Origin: Candidatus Blackallbacteria bacterium
GTDB taxonomy: Bacteria > Cyanobacteriota > Sericytochromatia > UBA7694
Assembly: GCA_051715345.1 (NCBI GenBank)
Contig: JBPXJQ010000053.1
Location: 102,478 to 166,477, forward strand
Direction: 5' to 3'
Length of the DNA stretch: 64,000 nt
The notes below the pieces were generated by a model. That model saw only the letters and a list, made by a program, of their open reading frames with translations. It did no database searches and had not been told where the DNA came from. The position numbers and the translations under genes are program-made. The stretch's first letter is position 1, and every line of letters starts with the position of its first letter. Shown here piece by piece: positions 1 through 9,794 of this stretch.

Positions 1-1050
1 CAAAATCGCGGTCAGCTGATCGAGGCTTTTTTCCAGGGGTGGCAAGAGCGTGCCTCCACCCTGGCCATCGGCGCCGGTAAAATGCAATTGCTGCAGGCGT
101 TTGAGTTCGTCATCCAATTGGTCGCGGGTCAGATGTTGGGGAGCAATGGCGCGCTGCTGGGCGGTTTCGTCGAGCAAATGGGCATAGCCGCGCGCCTTGG
201 TATGCAGGCCTTCGCTCCAGACGATTTGGGCATTGTCGGGCAGGCAGCCGAGCAGGCTGGTGACGCCATGCAAAAGAGGCATGATCTGGTAGAGCTGCGA
301 CGAATAGCTAAAATCGCGAATCAGCGAGATAAAGTTGCCACGGTAATTTTCGGTCAATTTGGTTTTAAGTGCTTCGAGATTGTCGGGAATGACCCATTCA
401 AAGGCCGGGGGAATCACACCGCTTTTGTCTGTATGGGGTTTGTCGAGCGGATCGTTGAGGCGATAGCTGGCGATTTTTTCGATTTCGTCATCGAACCACT
501 CGATGCGCAAAACCCGCTCACAGCCCATGGGGTAAATATCCAGGGTGCCGCCGCGGCGGGTAAATTCCCCCCGTTCCGTAATGGCGTTGGCAGGGCGGTA
601 GCCAAGCTGAATCAGGCGCTGGACCAGCACAGGTGGGGGCATGCGGTCGTCGGGGTAGAGCGTGAGGGTCTGTTGGTACCAGGTCAGATTGTCCATTACC
701 AGATAACTCAGACCTTTATATCCCACCAAAATGACCTGAGGGGGGCTGTCGGTGTATTGCAGGCGAAAGCGCACGAGGTGGCGCTGATGACAGCTCAGGC
801 GCTCATCGCCACTCCACTCGTAAGGTGAAAGCGCGGGGGTGGGGTAATAGACGCAGTCTTCGATGCCAAATGCGCGCAAATAAGCCATATAATGCTCGGC
901 TTCTTTGCGATCGTGAACCACCACCACCTGGGTGCGAATCTCGCTTGCTCTGCGGGCAATATACGCAGCTTGGCTGCCTGCTTGGAGCAAGTTAGGCACT
1001 TGCAGATCGGCTTGCAGTGGGAGGGATTCAAGAGCAGAAGCGAGCAACAT
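1..1050 (-). CDS. mfd: Transcription-repair coupling factor Mfd, N-terminal (UvrB-homology) portion; gene continues beyond window start
   Basis: Minus-strand frame is open from ATG at 1050 to the window edge, and the ORF track lists only its antisense shadow (82..828 +). Translation contains GEFTRRGGTLDIYPMG...RIEWFDDEIEKI, matching the E. coli Mfd N-terminal motif GEYATRGALLDLFPMG...RLDFFDDEIDSL. No Walker A in the first 350 aa, so Mfd is preferred over UvrB. Confidence 0.75.
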   Translation of the reverse strand, partial: MLLASALESLPLQADLQVPNLLQAGSQAAYIARRASEIRTQVVVVHDRKEAEHYMAYLRAFGIEDCVYYPTPALSPYEWSGDERLSCHQRHLVRFRLQYTDSPPQVILVGYKGLSYLVMDNLTWYQQTLTLYPDDRMPPPVLVQRLIQLGYRPANAITERGEFTRRGGTLDIYPMGCERVLRIEWFDDEIEKIASYRLNDPLDKPHTDKSGVIPPAFEWVIPDNLEALKTKLTENYRGNFISLIRDFSYSSQLYQIMPLLHGVTSLLGCLPDNAQIVWSEGLHTKARGYAHLLDETAQQRAIAPQHLTRDQLDDELKRLQQLHFTGADGQGGGTLLPPLEKSLDQLTAIL

Positions 1051-1137
1051 AGAGCATCAACCTTTTTGAGCAACTGAATTCACGAATGAATCAGTATAGA
1101 GCAGGTCAAGGGCTGGCGGGCAGAGGATCTGAGCGCT

Positions 1138-3141
1138 TCAAATCTGAATCAAGCCGGTGCCGACAGGGATTTTCTGAATCTCAGTTTGCATCTCCAAAAG
1201 CAGGGCTTCGCTGTGTTTGCGTACGTCTGCTTGGAAATTCTGATCCAGGTGTTTTAATTCGTTCTGCATTTCCATCATCATCTCTGCCAGCATTTTTTGC
1301 AGGGCCAGTTTCTGTTGCATATTGCGAAATTCCATTTGGTTTTTGTGCAACATCTGGCGCAGCGCATTGCGAATTTTGTCAAATTGTTGTTTAACCACGT
1401 CAGCAGAGCCGCCTGCCATGAGCTTTTTAAGCAGGGCTTCGCGTTGGGTGTTTAACGCGTCCTGCACATTGGCTGAGATTCGGGGTTTTTCGGCACTCAT
1501 ACTGCTTTTAACTGCCGATGTGGGTTGTAGCGTGCCGGCTTGCAACAGGGGGTTTAAAACGGTCTCTCTTTCTGTTTGCAAAACCCGGCTCAGGCCTTCA
1601 TCTCCTTCTGTGGCGTAAACATGGCGATAATACTCACTTTGCTGTCGGGTTGTTTCACGAAGTTCGGCGAGTTGGTCTGCAGCACTGCTGGTAGATGGGG
1701 GAACAGGGGGCAGCGTCGGCGGATCATCCGGAACGCGAATGCCTTGTGTGTCGGCTTGTGTGACCCGTTCATTGTGGCTTGTGATGGCGACAACATTATC
1801 GTCTATGCTTTGCAGGGCTGCGGCGATCTCTTGGGGGCTGAGGTATTGACCCAGCCAGCTTTCCAAGCGGGCTTTAAATGCCTCAGGTGTGGGTTCGATT
1901 CCGTCAAACAAATTGTCTAGGTTAAAAATAGCTTCGCGCAATTTGTCGCGCTGTGGGCCACTGCTGTTTTCGTAGGCGGCAAAGAGTTTGTCTTTGACCG
2001 TGATAAAGGTTTGAAACAAAACATATTTATTCAGGGTATCTGAGCCGATATGTTCCTTGTTTTGAACCCTTGAAAGAATTTCGCTGACATTTTTAAATTG
2101 AATCGCAAATAATTTCATCGATCTCAGGGCTTGAATTTTGTTTGGTTGACCAGAAAATTGAGTGGTTTGGTTTCTTAGCCAATCATTCAGACGATCCTCA
2201 ACCCCGAAAGGGTAGTCCATCATCGTTTTAAGCAACGATTCAGGCAAATCGAGTCCGTTCTCTTGAGCAAATTTACGCATTTGTTCTGCCAATGCATTGC
2301 GTTGCGTCGTGAGCTGGCCTTCAAATTTGAGGTAATCTTGCTTGATTTTTAAGACCTGTGGCAATTCGGTTTTGAGCAAAGGTCCCAACATTTGGCGGGC
2401 TTTTTCCAGATCGGCAATTTTAAAGGCCTCAGTGCCAAATTGAGCACCCGCAGACTGGAGTCGTTCAATTTCCACTTCCATGCGTTTATCCCGCGAGTTC
2501 AAGGTGTGCAATAAATTGCGCAATTGGGGTTCGCTGAGATTTTTAAAGACCTGACTGACCTGATTTAAGCCAAAATTGTCTGGAATCTCAATGCCAGAAG
2601 CTTTCATGGCGAGCTTGAGCTCGTCCAGCAATACCTGTTGATCGTTGAGTTGAATTTGTTTCAAGCTGGCTTCGATGCGTTGTCCGCTGACTGCTTGGTA
2701 ATTGGGGCTTTCTGCCAGGGTTGCGAGAACACTTTTGCCCGCTTCAATGCCTACAATTTCTTCGGTTTGCACCTCGCTAATGAAGTTTGAAAACGCGACT
2801 TTGAGCTGCATGGGGGGCAGTTCTGAGACCGGGCACACTGCGGCGGCTGAGGCAGAAATTTTCGCGGGCTGTGGACCTGGGGTGATGGGGTTTGTGCTTT
2901 CGCTTGCCGCTGTAGCTGTCTCTGCCATCAGGGGGATCTGTTCTGTCGCTTTGCCCTGATTCATCTGTCCAAGATTTTCGATAAAGCGCTGATCCAGTGG
3001 CGTGGTACTTTTGGCTTGGGCTGAGGGCTGAATGGTGGCATTCGGTTTTTCAATTGAAACAGGACCCGAAGAACCTGAAAAAGCAGATTTGGCTTTGCCC
3101 CAGAGATTTTCAAGGGAACCCGAACCGAATGGAATTTTCAT
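1138..3141 (-). CDS. Hypothetical coiled-coil protein with Pro-rich segment (PDDPPTLPPVPPS); function unknown
   Basis: ORF 1138..3306 (722 aa). Internal ATG at 3141 (MKIPFGSGS) preferred because a GAGG Shine-Dalgarno lies 6 nt upstream and it avoids antisense overlap with the divergent DsbA gene. C-terminal half is Q/E/K/M-rich heptad-like sequence. Confidence 0.55.
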   Translation of the reverse strand: MKIPFGSGSLENLWGKAKSAFSGSSGPVSIEKPNATIQPSAQAKSTTPLDQRFIENLGQMNQGKATEQIPLMAETATAASESTNPITPGPQPAKISASAAAVCPVSELPPMQLKVAFSNFISEVQTEEIVGIEAGKSVLATLAESPNYQAVSGQRIEASLKQIQLNDQQVLLDELKLAMKASGIEIPDNFGLNQVSQVFKNLSEPQLRNLLHTLNSRDKRMEVEIERLQSAGAQFGTEAFKIADLEKARQMLGPLLKTELPQVLKIKQDYLKFEGQLTTQRNALAEQMRKFAQENGLDLPESLLKTMMDYPFGVEDRLNDWLRNQTTQFSGQPNKIQALRSMKLFAIQFKNVSEILSRVQNKEHIGSDTLNKYVLFQTFITVKDKLFAAYENSSGPQRDKLREAIFNLDNLFDGIEPTPEAFKARLESWLGQYLSPQEIAAALQSIDDNVVAITSHNERVTQADTQGIRVPDDPPTLPPVPPSTSSAADQLAELRETTRQQSEYYRHVYATEGDEGLSRVLQTERETVLNPLLQAGTLQPTSAVKSSMSAEKPRISANVQDALNTQREALLKKLMAGGSADVVKQQFDKIRNALRQMLHKNQMEFRNMQQKLALQKMLAEMMMEMQNELKHLDQNFQADVRKHSEALLLEMQTEIQKIPVGTGLIQI

Positions 3142-3243
3142 AAACACCCTCATCTTCAAATGACTACAAATGATCTTGATTATCGTCTCCAGCTTGACAG
3201 ATCTTGCGGATGGGCGTGGTATTCTAAACCAGAGGAAAAAAAT

Positions 3244-3984
3244 ATGTTTAATATTGAAATTTGGTCTGATGTGGTCTGCCCCTTTTGTTATATTGGCAAA
3301 CGCCATTTGGAAGCTGCGTTGGCGGATTTTCCCCAGCGCGAACAGGTTGAGGTGGTTTGGCGCAGTTTTGAATTGGATTCAGAGACGCCCAAAGGTGAAA
3401 CCCAGGACACTGTGACTGCCTTGATGCAAAAATACCAGCAGAGCCGTGAACAAATCCAGACCATGATGGCGCGCGTGACGGCGATGGGGGCCGAAGTGGG
3501 CTTGGACTTAAAATTAGACAAGACCCTGCGCACCAATACCTTTGATCTGCACCGCCTGCTCTACCTGGCGGCCGAACACGGGCTGCAGGGAGTCGCCAAA
3601 GAGCGGCTTTTGCGCGCCTATTTCACAGAGTCTGAGCATCTGGGAGAGATTGAAACCCTGGTTCGTCTGCTCGGTGAAGTGGGGTTGGAGCCTGAAGCTG
3701 TCAGAGCCACCCTGGCCAATCCCGATGCCTATTTCCATGAGGTCAGTGCGGATATCTATGAAGCCCGCAGCATCGCTATTTCAGGGGTGCCCTTTTTTGT
3801 CTTTGATCAAAAATACGCTGTTTCAGGTGCGCAGCCCATCTCTGTTTTCAAGCAAGTTTTGCAGCGCTGTTGGGATGAGCGCGGTGCAGAGCGCGTGTCG
3901 CCAGAACAGACTGCCGAGGTGCTCGAAGAAGCCGCTCAAACAGAAAGTGATAGCAGCTGCCAGGACGACAGCTGCGCCATTTAA
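3244..3984 (+). CDS. DsbA-family thiol:disulfide oxidoreductase (FrnE/2-hydroxychromene-2-carboxylate isomerase-like)
   Basis: CPFC active-site motif in VVCPFCYIGKRHLE. AGGA Shine-Dalgarno 8 nt upstream of ATG at 3244. Longer ORF from 3160 would overlap the divergent gene. Confidence 0.75.
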   Translation: MFNIEIWSDVVCPFCYIGKRHLEAALADFPQREQVEVVWRSFELDSETPKGETQDTVTALMQKYQQSREQIQTMMARVTAMGAEVGLDLKLDKTLRTNTFDLHRLLYLAAEHGLQGVAKERLLRAYFTESEHLGEIETLVRLLGEVGLEPEAVRATLANPDAYFHEVSADIYEARSIAISGVPFFVFDQKYAVSGAQPISVFKQVLQRCWDERGAERVSPEQTAEVLEEAAQTESDSSCQDDSCAI

Positions 3985-3989
3985 CTGAA

Positions 3990-5642
3990 TTAGCCTTCGA
4001 GTCCGTAATGGGCCAGCATCAACGCGCGCAGCTGTGAGAGCGGTACCATACCAAAACTCAGCAAACGGTTGTGGAAGATCAGCACTGAAAAATCGTCACC
4101 ACGCAGGTCGGCGATTTCTTGGCGCAGGCTGATAATCTCTTTTTTGCCAAACATATAGCCAATTGCAATCGTGGGAAAGAGCACGTAGCGTTTGACTTCT
4201 GCCTCAGCACTGGCCTGATCGATGCCGACTTCTTCCACCAAGGTCTGAACAGCGGTATCGTAATCCATTTTGCCCATATGCAATTGGGTGTCAATAATCA
4301 CGCGGTAATCGCGCCAGAGTTGGTCGCGCAGCTGAAAGAGCCGTGTTTTGAGGTCGGAGTAAAGACCTTCGGTATACAACATCTCTTCGCAATAGAGTGG
4401 CCAGCCTTCGGCGAAAAAGGGATCGGGGAAGCTGTTGCGCACCTTGGAAGGGTGTTGGTGGGTCTGAACAAAGAGCAGGTGTTGCCCCGGATAGCCGTGA
4501 TGAACGGTCGTCAGGGTTACGTCATAGATATTGTGTGAGCGCAGACGCTGGTGTTTTTCTTCTTCGCTCATGCTGTCTTGCATAGGCGTGACCCAGAAAT
4601 AGCCAGTCTGGTGCTCTTCGAAAGGTGCTGGCGAGACATAACCCGAATAGGGCATGATACTGCGCTGGAAAATCGGGGTTTCCATCAGTGCCAGGGTTTC
4701 GGTTTCGGGCAGGGTGACGAGGCTTTCTTTGACGACAAAATCGCGAATCCGCTCTGCTTCAGCTTTGTAAGCATGCAGAAGATTGTCGGCTTCGGGGTGT
4801 TTGTTTTTGAGCTCGTCGATCTGCTCCATCCAAGTCAGCTTGGGATTGAGTTCGTGGGCCACTTCTTCGATCAGGCGCTCGGTGTCTTGCAGGGCTTTCT
4901 GACCGATGGCCAAGACTTCTTCAATGCTGTAATTGAGCAGGTATTTTTCTTTGAGCAAAAAGTCATAATGGGCTTTGCCACAGGCAAAACTTGCTTGGGC
5001 TTGGGGCTCGAGATCGTTGAGAAATTTTTCATAATGGTGCAAAGCCTTGAGTGCCAAGGTATTGCTTTCGAGCAGATCTTTAAAATAATGGGGCACCGTG
5101 CCCGAAAATTGGGGCACAATTTCTTCTAAAAACTGACGACCGGCTTTGACCGAGTCGCGGGCCACGCTGATCGAAACCGTAGAGATCTCAGCGGGGTTGC
5201 TGCGCAGATTTGCCATGCCCTGTTCCAAAAGACGCGGCATGGCTTTGAGTCGGCTCATAATTGCCAGTACCCGGTGATCGAGGGGCAGATTATAGTTGAT
5301 CTGTAATTGTTGTACCCCATAGAGGGCTTCCGAAGGGTAGTGAGCAGGATCCCGTTTGAGGTGCTGGCGCACCTCTTCTTCGTAGACCATCGCGCTCAAT
5401 TGCGCCTGCAAAATAGCCAGATCGACCTGCTCATCGCGGGAGAGATTTTCTGAACTGAGGGCCTTAAGTTGTGCCAGATAGTCTTTCTTTTGCTGCAGAC
5501 AAATTTCCCGCTTCTCGGGACTGTAATCCGCATAGTGATAGTCGTAGTCATGAATGCCCAGACCTGTTGCCTGGACGGGATCACTTTCCCAGAGAAACCT
5601 GAGAATACTGTCGGCCAAAGGCTGGAGCGTTGACTCCGTCAT
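3990..5642 (-). CDS. DUF885 family protein
   Basis: ORF 3990..5708. Start at M23 (MTESTLQPL) chosen on Shine-Dalgarno context. Sequence features such as LNYSIEEVLAIG and a HxGYPGQH motif resemble the DUF885 family (recalled from memory). Confidence 0.55.
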   Translation of the reverse strand: MTESTLQPLADSILRFLWESDPVQATGLGIHDYDYHYADYSPEKREICLQQKKDYLAQLKALSSENLSRDEQVDLAILQAQLSAMVYEEEVRQHLKRDPAHYPSEALYGVQQLQINYNLPLDHRVLAIMSRLKAMPRLLEQGMANLRSNPAEISTVSISVARDSVKAGRQFLEEIVPQFSGTVPHYFKDLLESNTLALKALHHYEKFLNDLEPQAQASFACGKAHYDFLLKEKYLLNYSIEEVLAIGQKALQDTERLIEEVAHELNPKLTWMEQIDELKNKHPEADNLLHAYKAEAERIRDFVVKESLVTLPETETLALMETPIFQRSIMPYSGYVSPAPFEEHQTGYFWVTPMQDSMSEEEKHQRLRSHNIYDVTLTTVHHGYPGQHLLFVQTHQHPSKVRNSFPDPFFAEGWPLYCEEMLYTEGLYSDLKTRLFQLRDQLWRDYRVIIDTQLHMGKMDYDTAVQTLVEEVGIDQASAEAEVKRYVLFPTIAIGYMFGKKEIISLRQEIADLRGDDFSVLIFHNRLLSFGMVPLSQLRALMLAHYGLEG

Positions 5643-5782
5643 GAAAGAATACCTTACCTCTCCTGGGCTGTCCCGAAAAAACGGAAACTTAAAAATGGGG
5701 ATAAACAAGCAGCTGTGCTTAGATACCAGAGTATAAACCGGCCCGGACTCAGGCGTCTAGAAGCAGTGCGTCAAAACCCCTT

Positions 5783-6292
5783 TTAGTCGGGCAGTTGCTC
5801 CAGGATTTTTTGAGGCAGAAGGGCTTTGCTGTTGAGTTCTAGCGGAATACCCGAATAAATATTTCTCATTTGCGATTTGAGCGCGTGCAGCCCGTCGGCA
5901 ATAATTTTGGCGTGATCAAATGCCAATGCAGGCAATTGACCGATTGGAAACCATTGGGCTTCACTTGCGTCATCTTGGCCAGAAACCGCGGGTTGGCCTT
6001 GGGTGAGTGCGGCAAAAGCCACGGTCAGGGTGCGCCCGCGCGGATCGCGCCCGGGATCGCCATAGGTGCCCAGGGGAGCAAGCGGGCCCACTTCTAGGCC
6101 TGTTTCTTCTTTTAATTCGCGGCGGGCAGAGGCTTCAAGGGTCTCTTCGGGCTCGATGAACCCGCCGGGCAGGGCCCAGTGCCCGGCATAGGGATCTTTT
6201 CCCCGTTGAATCAAAAGCAGGGACAAGATTTCGTCAGTCCAGTCAAAGACCAGCAGGTCAACAGTGACGGAGGGGCGGAAGTAATCAGTCAT
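5783..6292 (-). CDS. NUDIX hydrolase
   Basis: Canonical Nudix box GGFIEPEETLEASARRELKEETGL (GX5EX7REUXEEXGU). Confidence 0.85.
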   Translation of the reverse strand: MTDYFRPSVTVDLLVFDWTDEILSLLLIQRGKDPYAGHWALPGGFIEPEETLEASARRELKEETGLEVGPLAPLGTYGDPGRDPRGRTLTVAFAALTQGQPAVSGQDDASEAQWFPIGQLPALAFDHAKIIADGLHALKSQMRNIYSGIPLELNSKALLPQKILEQLPD

Positions 6293-6384
6293 GGCAGGCC
6301 TCTTTGAGCAGTAGGGTTAATTTAGTGTAAATAATACATTTATTCTAGCAGGCAAAACCAAAGTCTGCAATCCTTAAAGGGGGA

Positions 6385-6630
6385 CTAGAAAAAATTGCCT
6401 TCAAAATCGATTTCTTGCACTTCTTTGGGGCCTTCTGCTGTGCCCTGTAACAATTGTTTGACCACCTGTTCTGCTTCTTGCAATTGGCCTTCACAGGCTT
6501 TGATCAGGTTTTGGCCTTTTTCAAAGGCAGCAATGGCTTCTGCCAAGGGAATTTCTTCGCTTTCCAGGCGGCTCACCAATTTTTCTAATTCACTCAGAGA
6601 CTCTTCAAAAACCGGCTTTTTTTTTGACAT
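6385..6630 (-). CDS. xseB: Exodeoxyribonuclease VII small subunit
   Basis: 81 aa. Typical XseB N-terminus FEESLSELEKLVSRLESEEIPLAEAIAAFEKG. Abuts xseA stop. Confidence 0.85.
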   Translation of the reverse strand: MSKKKPVFEESLSELEKLVSRLESEEIPLAEAIAAFEKGQNLIKACEGQLQEAEQVVKQLLQGTAEGPKEVQEIDFEGNFF

Positions 6631-7830
6631 CTATGTATCCTTTTCCAATTCCAAATTTGCGCTGCGCAGCCCGTCCTGAAAGATCAGGTTGACGGGGCCT
6701 GCTTGCAATTGGCTCGCGCGGGTGACGGGCAACCCCTGCTGTTCTAGCAGCACAAAGCCCCGGTTGAGCACTTTGCGCGGGTCCAGCCCCTCCAAGCGGC
6801 TGTCTAAAAGTGCCAAACTTTGCTGTTTTTGCGCCACTTGCCGTTGCCAGGCTTGCTCTAACGCGGTTTGTTGGCGCCAGAGCTTTTCGTAGCGGGGGTC
6901 GAGCCAAAATTCGGGCTTGCGCAGCAGGTAGTGTTGGCTCAAACGCTCCAGGCGGCTGCGGGCCTGTTGCACCTGTTGCAAGAGCAAGGAGGCCAGTTTG
7001 TCCTGATAATAATACAATTGCCCCAACATTTCTTCGCGGCTGGGAATCACCAACTCAGCGGCGGCAGAGGGCGTAGCTGCACGTTTGTCGGCCACAAAAT
7101 CGGCAATGGTAAAGTCAATTTCGTGGCCAATGGCTGCCACAATTGGAATGGCTGAGGCAAAGATCGTGCGCGCCAGGGTTTCGTCATTAAAAGCCCAGAG
7201 ATCTTCGAGGGAGCCGCCGCCCCGGCCCAGAATAATGACATCGACGCCGCCGTAGGCATTGAGCTCTTGGATCGCTTTGACCAGATCTTTGGCTGCGTTT
7301 TCGCCCTGCACTTGAGCGGGCCGGATCAGGAGTGGAATACCTGGATTTCGGCGTTTAGCAACCGAGAGAATATCTTGCAGGGCTGCGCCGGTGGGTGAGG
7401 TAATAATGCCCACCTTACCTGGATAAGTGGGCAGCGGTTTTTTGTGGGCTTCGTCGAAGAGCCCTGCTTCCCAAAGTTCGCGTTTGAGGGCTTCAAATTG
7501 CGCCTGCAGATCACCTTTGCCTGCGGGTTGCATGTCCAGCACATTGAGCTGATAGCGGCCTGTTTTTTCGTAGACTGTGACGGTGCCCGTGCATACCACC
7601 TGCAGGCCGTCTTCGAGTTTAAACGGCAAATAGCCCGTGCGGGATTTCCACATCACGGCTGAGATTTGGGCGTAAGCGTCTTTTAAGCTGAAATAGGCGT
7701 GGCCAGAATAATGGGGGCGAAAATTGGAAATTTCTCCCTGGACCCGCACCGGGTAGGGAAAACAGGTCTCCAGCGCCTCTTTGATCGAGCGGGTCAGGAG
7801 GGTCACTGTTAAGGGGGAAGCCGTACTCAT
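6631..7830 (-). CDS. xseA: Exodeoxyribonuclease VII large subunit
   Basis: 399 aa. OB-fold N-terminus plus catalytic region with IITSPTGAALQDI, VIILGRGGGSLEDLWAFN and HEIDFTIADFVAD, all characteristic of XseA. Confidence 0.9.
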   Translation of the reverse strand: MSTASPLTVTLLTRSIKEALETCFPYPVRVQGEISNFRPHYSGHAYFSLKDAYAQISAVMWKSRTGYLPFKLEDGLQVVCTGTVTVYEKTGRYQLNVLDMQPAGKGDLQAQFEALKRELWEAGLFDEAHKKPLPTYPGKVGIITSPTGAALQDILSVAKRRNPGIPLLIRPAQVQGENAAKDLVKAIQELNAYGGVDVIILGRGGGSLEDLWAFNDETLARTIFASAIPIVAAIGHEIDFTIADFVADKRAATPSAAAELVIPSREEMLGQLYYYQDKLASLLLQQVQQARSRLERLSQHYLLRKPEFWLDPRYEKLWRQQTALEQAWQRQVAQKQQSLALLDSRLEGLDPRKVLNRGFVLLEQQGLPVTRASQLQAGPVNLIFQDGLRSANLELEKDT

Positions 7831-7839
7831 TGTCTGGAC

Positions 7840-8751
7840 TCAGACCAAATTCCCAAATAAAAATTGCAGGGGTTTATAAACCCGTTGGGCCCAGGCCATT
7901 TCATCGTGCCCAGCGAACCAGTCCACATCATAGGCCAAATCGTGATACCGGGTGTACCCCCGCAATTCGAGTGCATGCACAAAGTCCTGGGTACTTTCGA
8001 CCGTTTCCTCTGTTTCACGATTGCGGCCTTCTTCGGTGCCAATATCGACCCAAAGGCGCAAATGCAGGGGAAAGTTATGTGTGTCATTGAGGATTTGATG
8101 ATGGGCCCAATAGACGGTGGGAGACATCAGCGCCAGACGCGTAAAGACCCCAGGATAGGCGCGGGCAATATAAAAGCTGATAATCGCCCCCAACGAAGAG
8201 CCCATCAGACCTGAATAACCACCTTGGGGCAGGGTGCGGTAATGTTGATCAATCCAGGGTTTGAGCTCTTCAACCACAAAGCGGGCATAAGCAGGTCCTT
8301 TGCCTCCACAGGGATAGCCATTAAAGAGCGAAGGGTGCCAGGTATATTCTTCGAGTCGGTCGGGGGTGTTGTAAATGCCCACGACAATCATTTCAGGGAT
8401 CTTTTTTTCCTGAAAGAGCCGCTCCAGGGTTTCATCCAACCGCCACTCTCGGCCCATAAAGGCCGTATGGGGATCAAAGAGATTATTGCCATCTTGGGCA
8501 TAGAGAACTGGGTAACGGCGCTGAGGTGCATGGCCGTAGCTGGGAGGTAGATAGATAATCACGCTATGGGGATGGTGCAGATATTGTGAGGGCAAGTCGG
8601 TATGCAGTTCAAAACTGCCTTTGAGTGCCAAATGGCGATGCTCCATCTGGCGGGTATCCACCAAAACGGGCGATGATCCCGGCTTTAAGGGATAAAAAAG
8701 TGGGCCTGTGGGGCGCTTGCGGCGACTGCGCGGCAATCGGGGATTATTCAC
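7840..8751 (-). CDS. Putative esterase (esterase D / enterochelin-esterase-like alpha/beta hydrolase)
   Basis: GxSxG nucleophile elbow GSSLGA. Layout PVLYAQDGNNLF...IVVGIYNT is typical of Pfam Esterase family members. True start may be the internal Met at 8646. Confidence 0.6.
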   Translation of the reverse strand: MNNPRLPRSRRKRPTGPLFYPLKPGSSPVLVDTRQMEHRHLALKGSFELHTDLPSQYLHHPHSVIIYLPPSYGHAPQRRYPVLYAQDGNNLFDPHTAFMGREWRLDETLERLFQEKKIPEMIVVGIYNTPDRLEEYTWHPSLFNGYPCGGKGPAYARFVVEELKPWIDQHYRTLPQGGYSGLMGSSLGAIISFYIARAYPGVFTRLALMSPTVYWAHHQILNDTHNFPLHLRLWVDIGTEEGRNRETEETVESTQDFVHALELRGYTRYHDLAYDVDWFAGHDEMAWAQRVYKPLQFLFGNLV

Positions 8752-8774
8752 GCTATTTAAAAGACCTTGATACC

Positions 8775-9611
8775 TTATCTAAAACGGGTGTTAAGATACA
8801 GGCCCACCGACGTCTGGTTGACGTTGGCAGGGCCCTGTTGCAGGGGTTGGGTGATATTTGCGCCAAAGACCGTGTCGCCTTTGCTGACGAGTTCGGCCCC
8901 CATGCGCAGGGTATCTGTTTCGCCGGTTTTGGCGGCAGCTTGGTTGAGATAACTCACACCCACGGTGACACCCTGGGTGAGACTCAGAGCCATGCCTGCA
9001 CCCACACGGGGCTGGCCCAGAGCTGTGTCCATGACGACCGTTGAAGCCAGGGGGCCGGTTTGCACGCCAACACCCGCGTAGACCCCTGCGCGGGCGGCAG
9101 CGGGCAGCCCTTGAACCCAGTTCTCAGATTGACCCTGTAATTGTTTGCTATCAACGGCGGATGCCACGCCGACCCGGACCGAAAGATTTTCGTCGGGACG
9201 AATCATGGTGCCTGTCATCAGGGTTTTGTCTTGTAAAAAATCTGCGCCAGAGCCCTGGCTGGGCGCATTGAGCGCCTTGAGGTTTTCGAGCATACTGGGA
9301 TCTTGTGCTGCTGTGAGCATTTCGGGTGCTTTGCTCTGGTAGCCGACTTCAAATTGGATGGTGTCAGAGCCGAGCGTTTGGCTGGTGGTTCGGGGGCTGA
9401 GTCTGGCCAAATATTGAGCCGGTGTTTTGGGGCCCAACTGTTCTTGTGGCAATTCAAGCGCATTTTTTGTTTGGCTGGCTTCGGCGTTGCCTGTGACCAA
9501 AGCCGCTGGTGAAGGAGGGAGGGGGGCTGGTGTCGCCGCAGGCCGAGGTGCTGCAGAATCAATCTGCAGTTTCATACGCGGTTGTTGAGAGGTAATGCGA
9601 AATTGGCCCAC
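8775..9611 (-). CDS. Hypothetical protein, Pro/Ala-rich N-terminus, Gly/Val-rich C-terminal half (possible envelope protein)
   Basis: ORF only. C-terminal half has alternating G/V/A/T stretches suggestive of beta-strands and ends ...YLNTRFR. No recognisable catalytic motif. Confidence 0.4.
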   Translation of the reverse strand: MGQFRITSQQPRMKLQIDSAAPRPAATPAPLPPSPAALVTGNAEASQTKNALELPQEQLGPKTPAQYLARLSPRTTSQTLGSDTIQFEVGYQSKAPEMLTAAQDPSMLENLKALNAPSQGSGADFLQDKTLMTGTMIRPDENLSVRVGVASAVDSKQLQGQSENWVQGLPAAARAGVYAGVGVQTGPLASTVVMDTALGQPRVGAGMALSLTQGVTVGVSYLNQAAAKTGETDTLRMGAELVSKGDTVFGANITQPLQQGPANVNQTSVGLYLNTRFR

Positions 9612-9794
9612 TTGTAATATTGCTCCTGCTCTTATTATGCAACAAACCTGGCCTGTTCTGAACCTGCGAGATAGGAAAGATCCGGTGTTTTGAGCAAACT
9701 TTAACCCAGCCAGTGCTAAAAATCAGATGCGACTTAACCTAAATTTAAACTTTGTTCACGTCATCATGCAGGACAGATCAGCGATATATTCATC

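Noticed and set aside
82-828. 248-aa plus-strand ORF at the window start
   Set aside because: It is the antisense shadow of mfd. The minus-strand frame carries clear Mfd motifs, while the plus-frame product is low-complexity Ala/Gly/Val-rich with no motif.
4551-5129. 192-aa plus-strand ORF
   Set aside because: Antisense within the DUF885 gene, Phe-rich nonsense composition.
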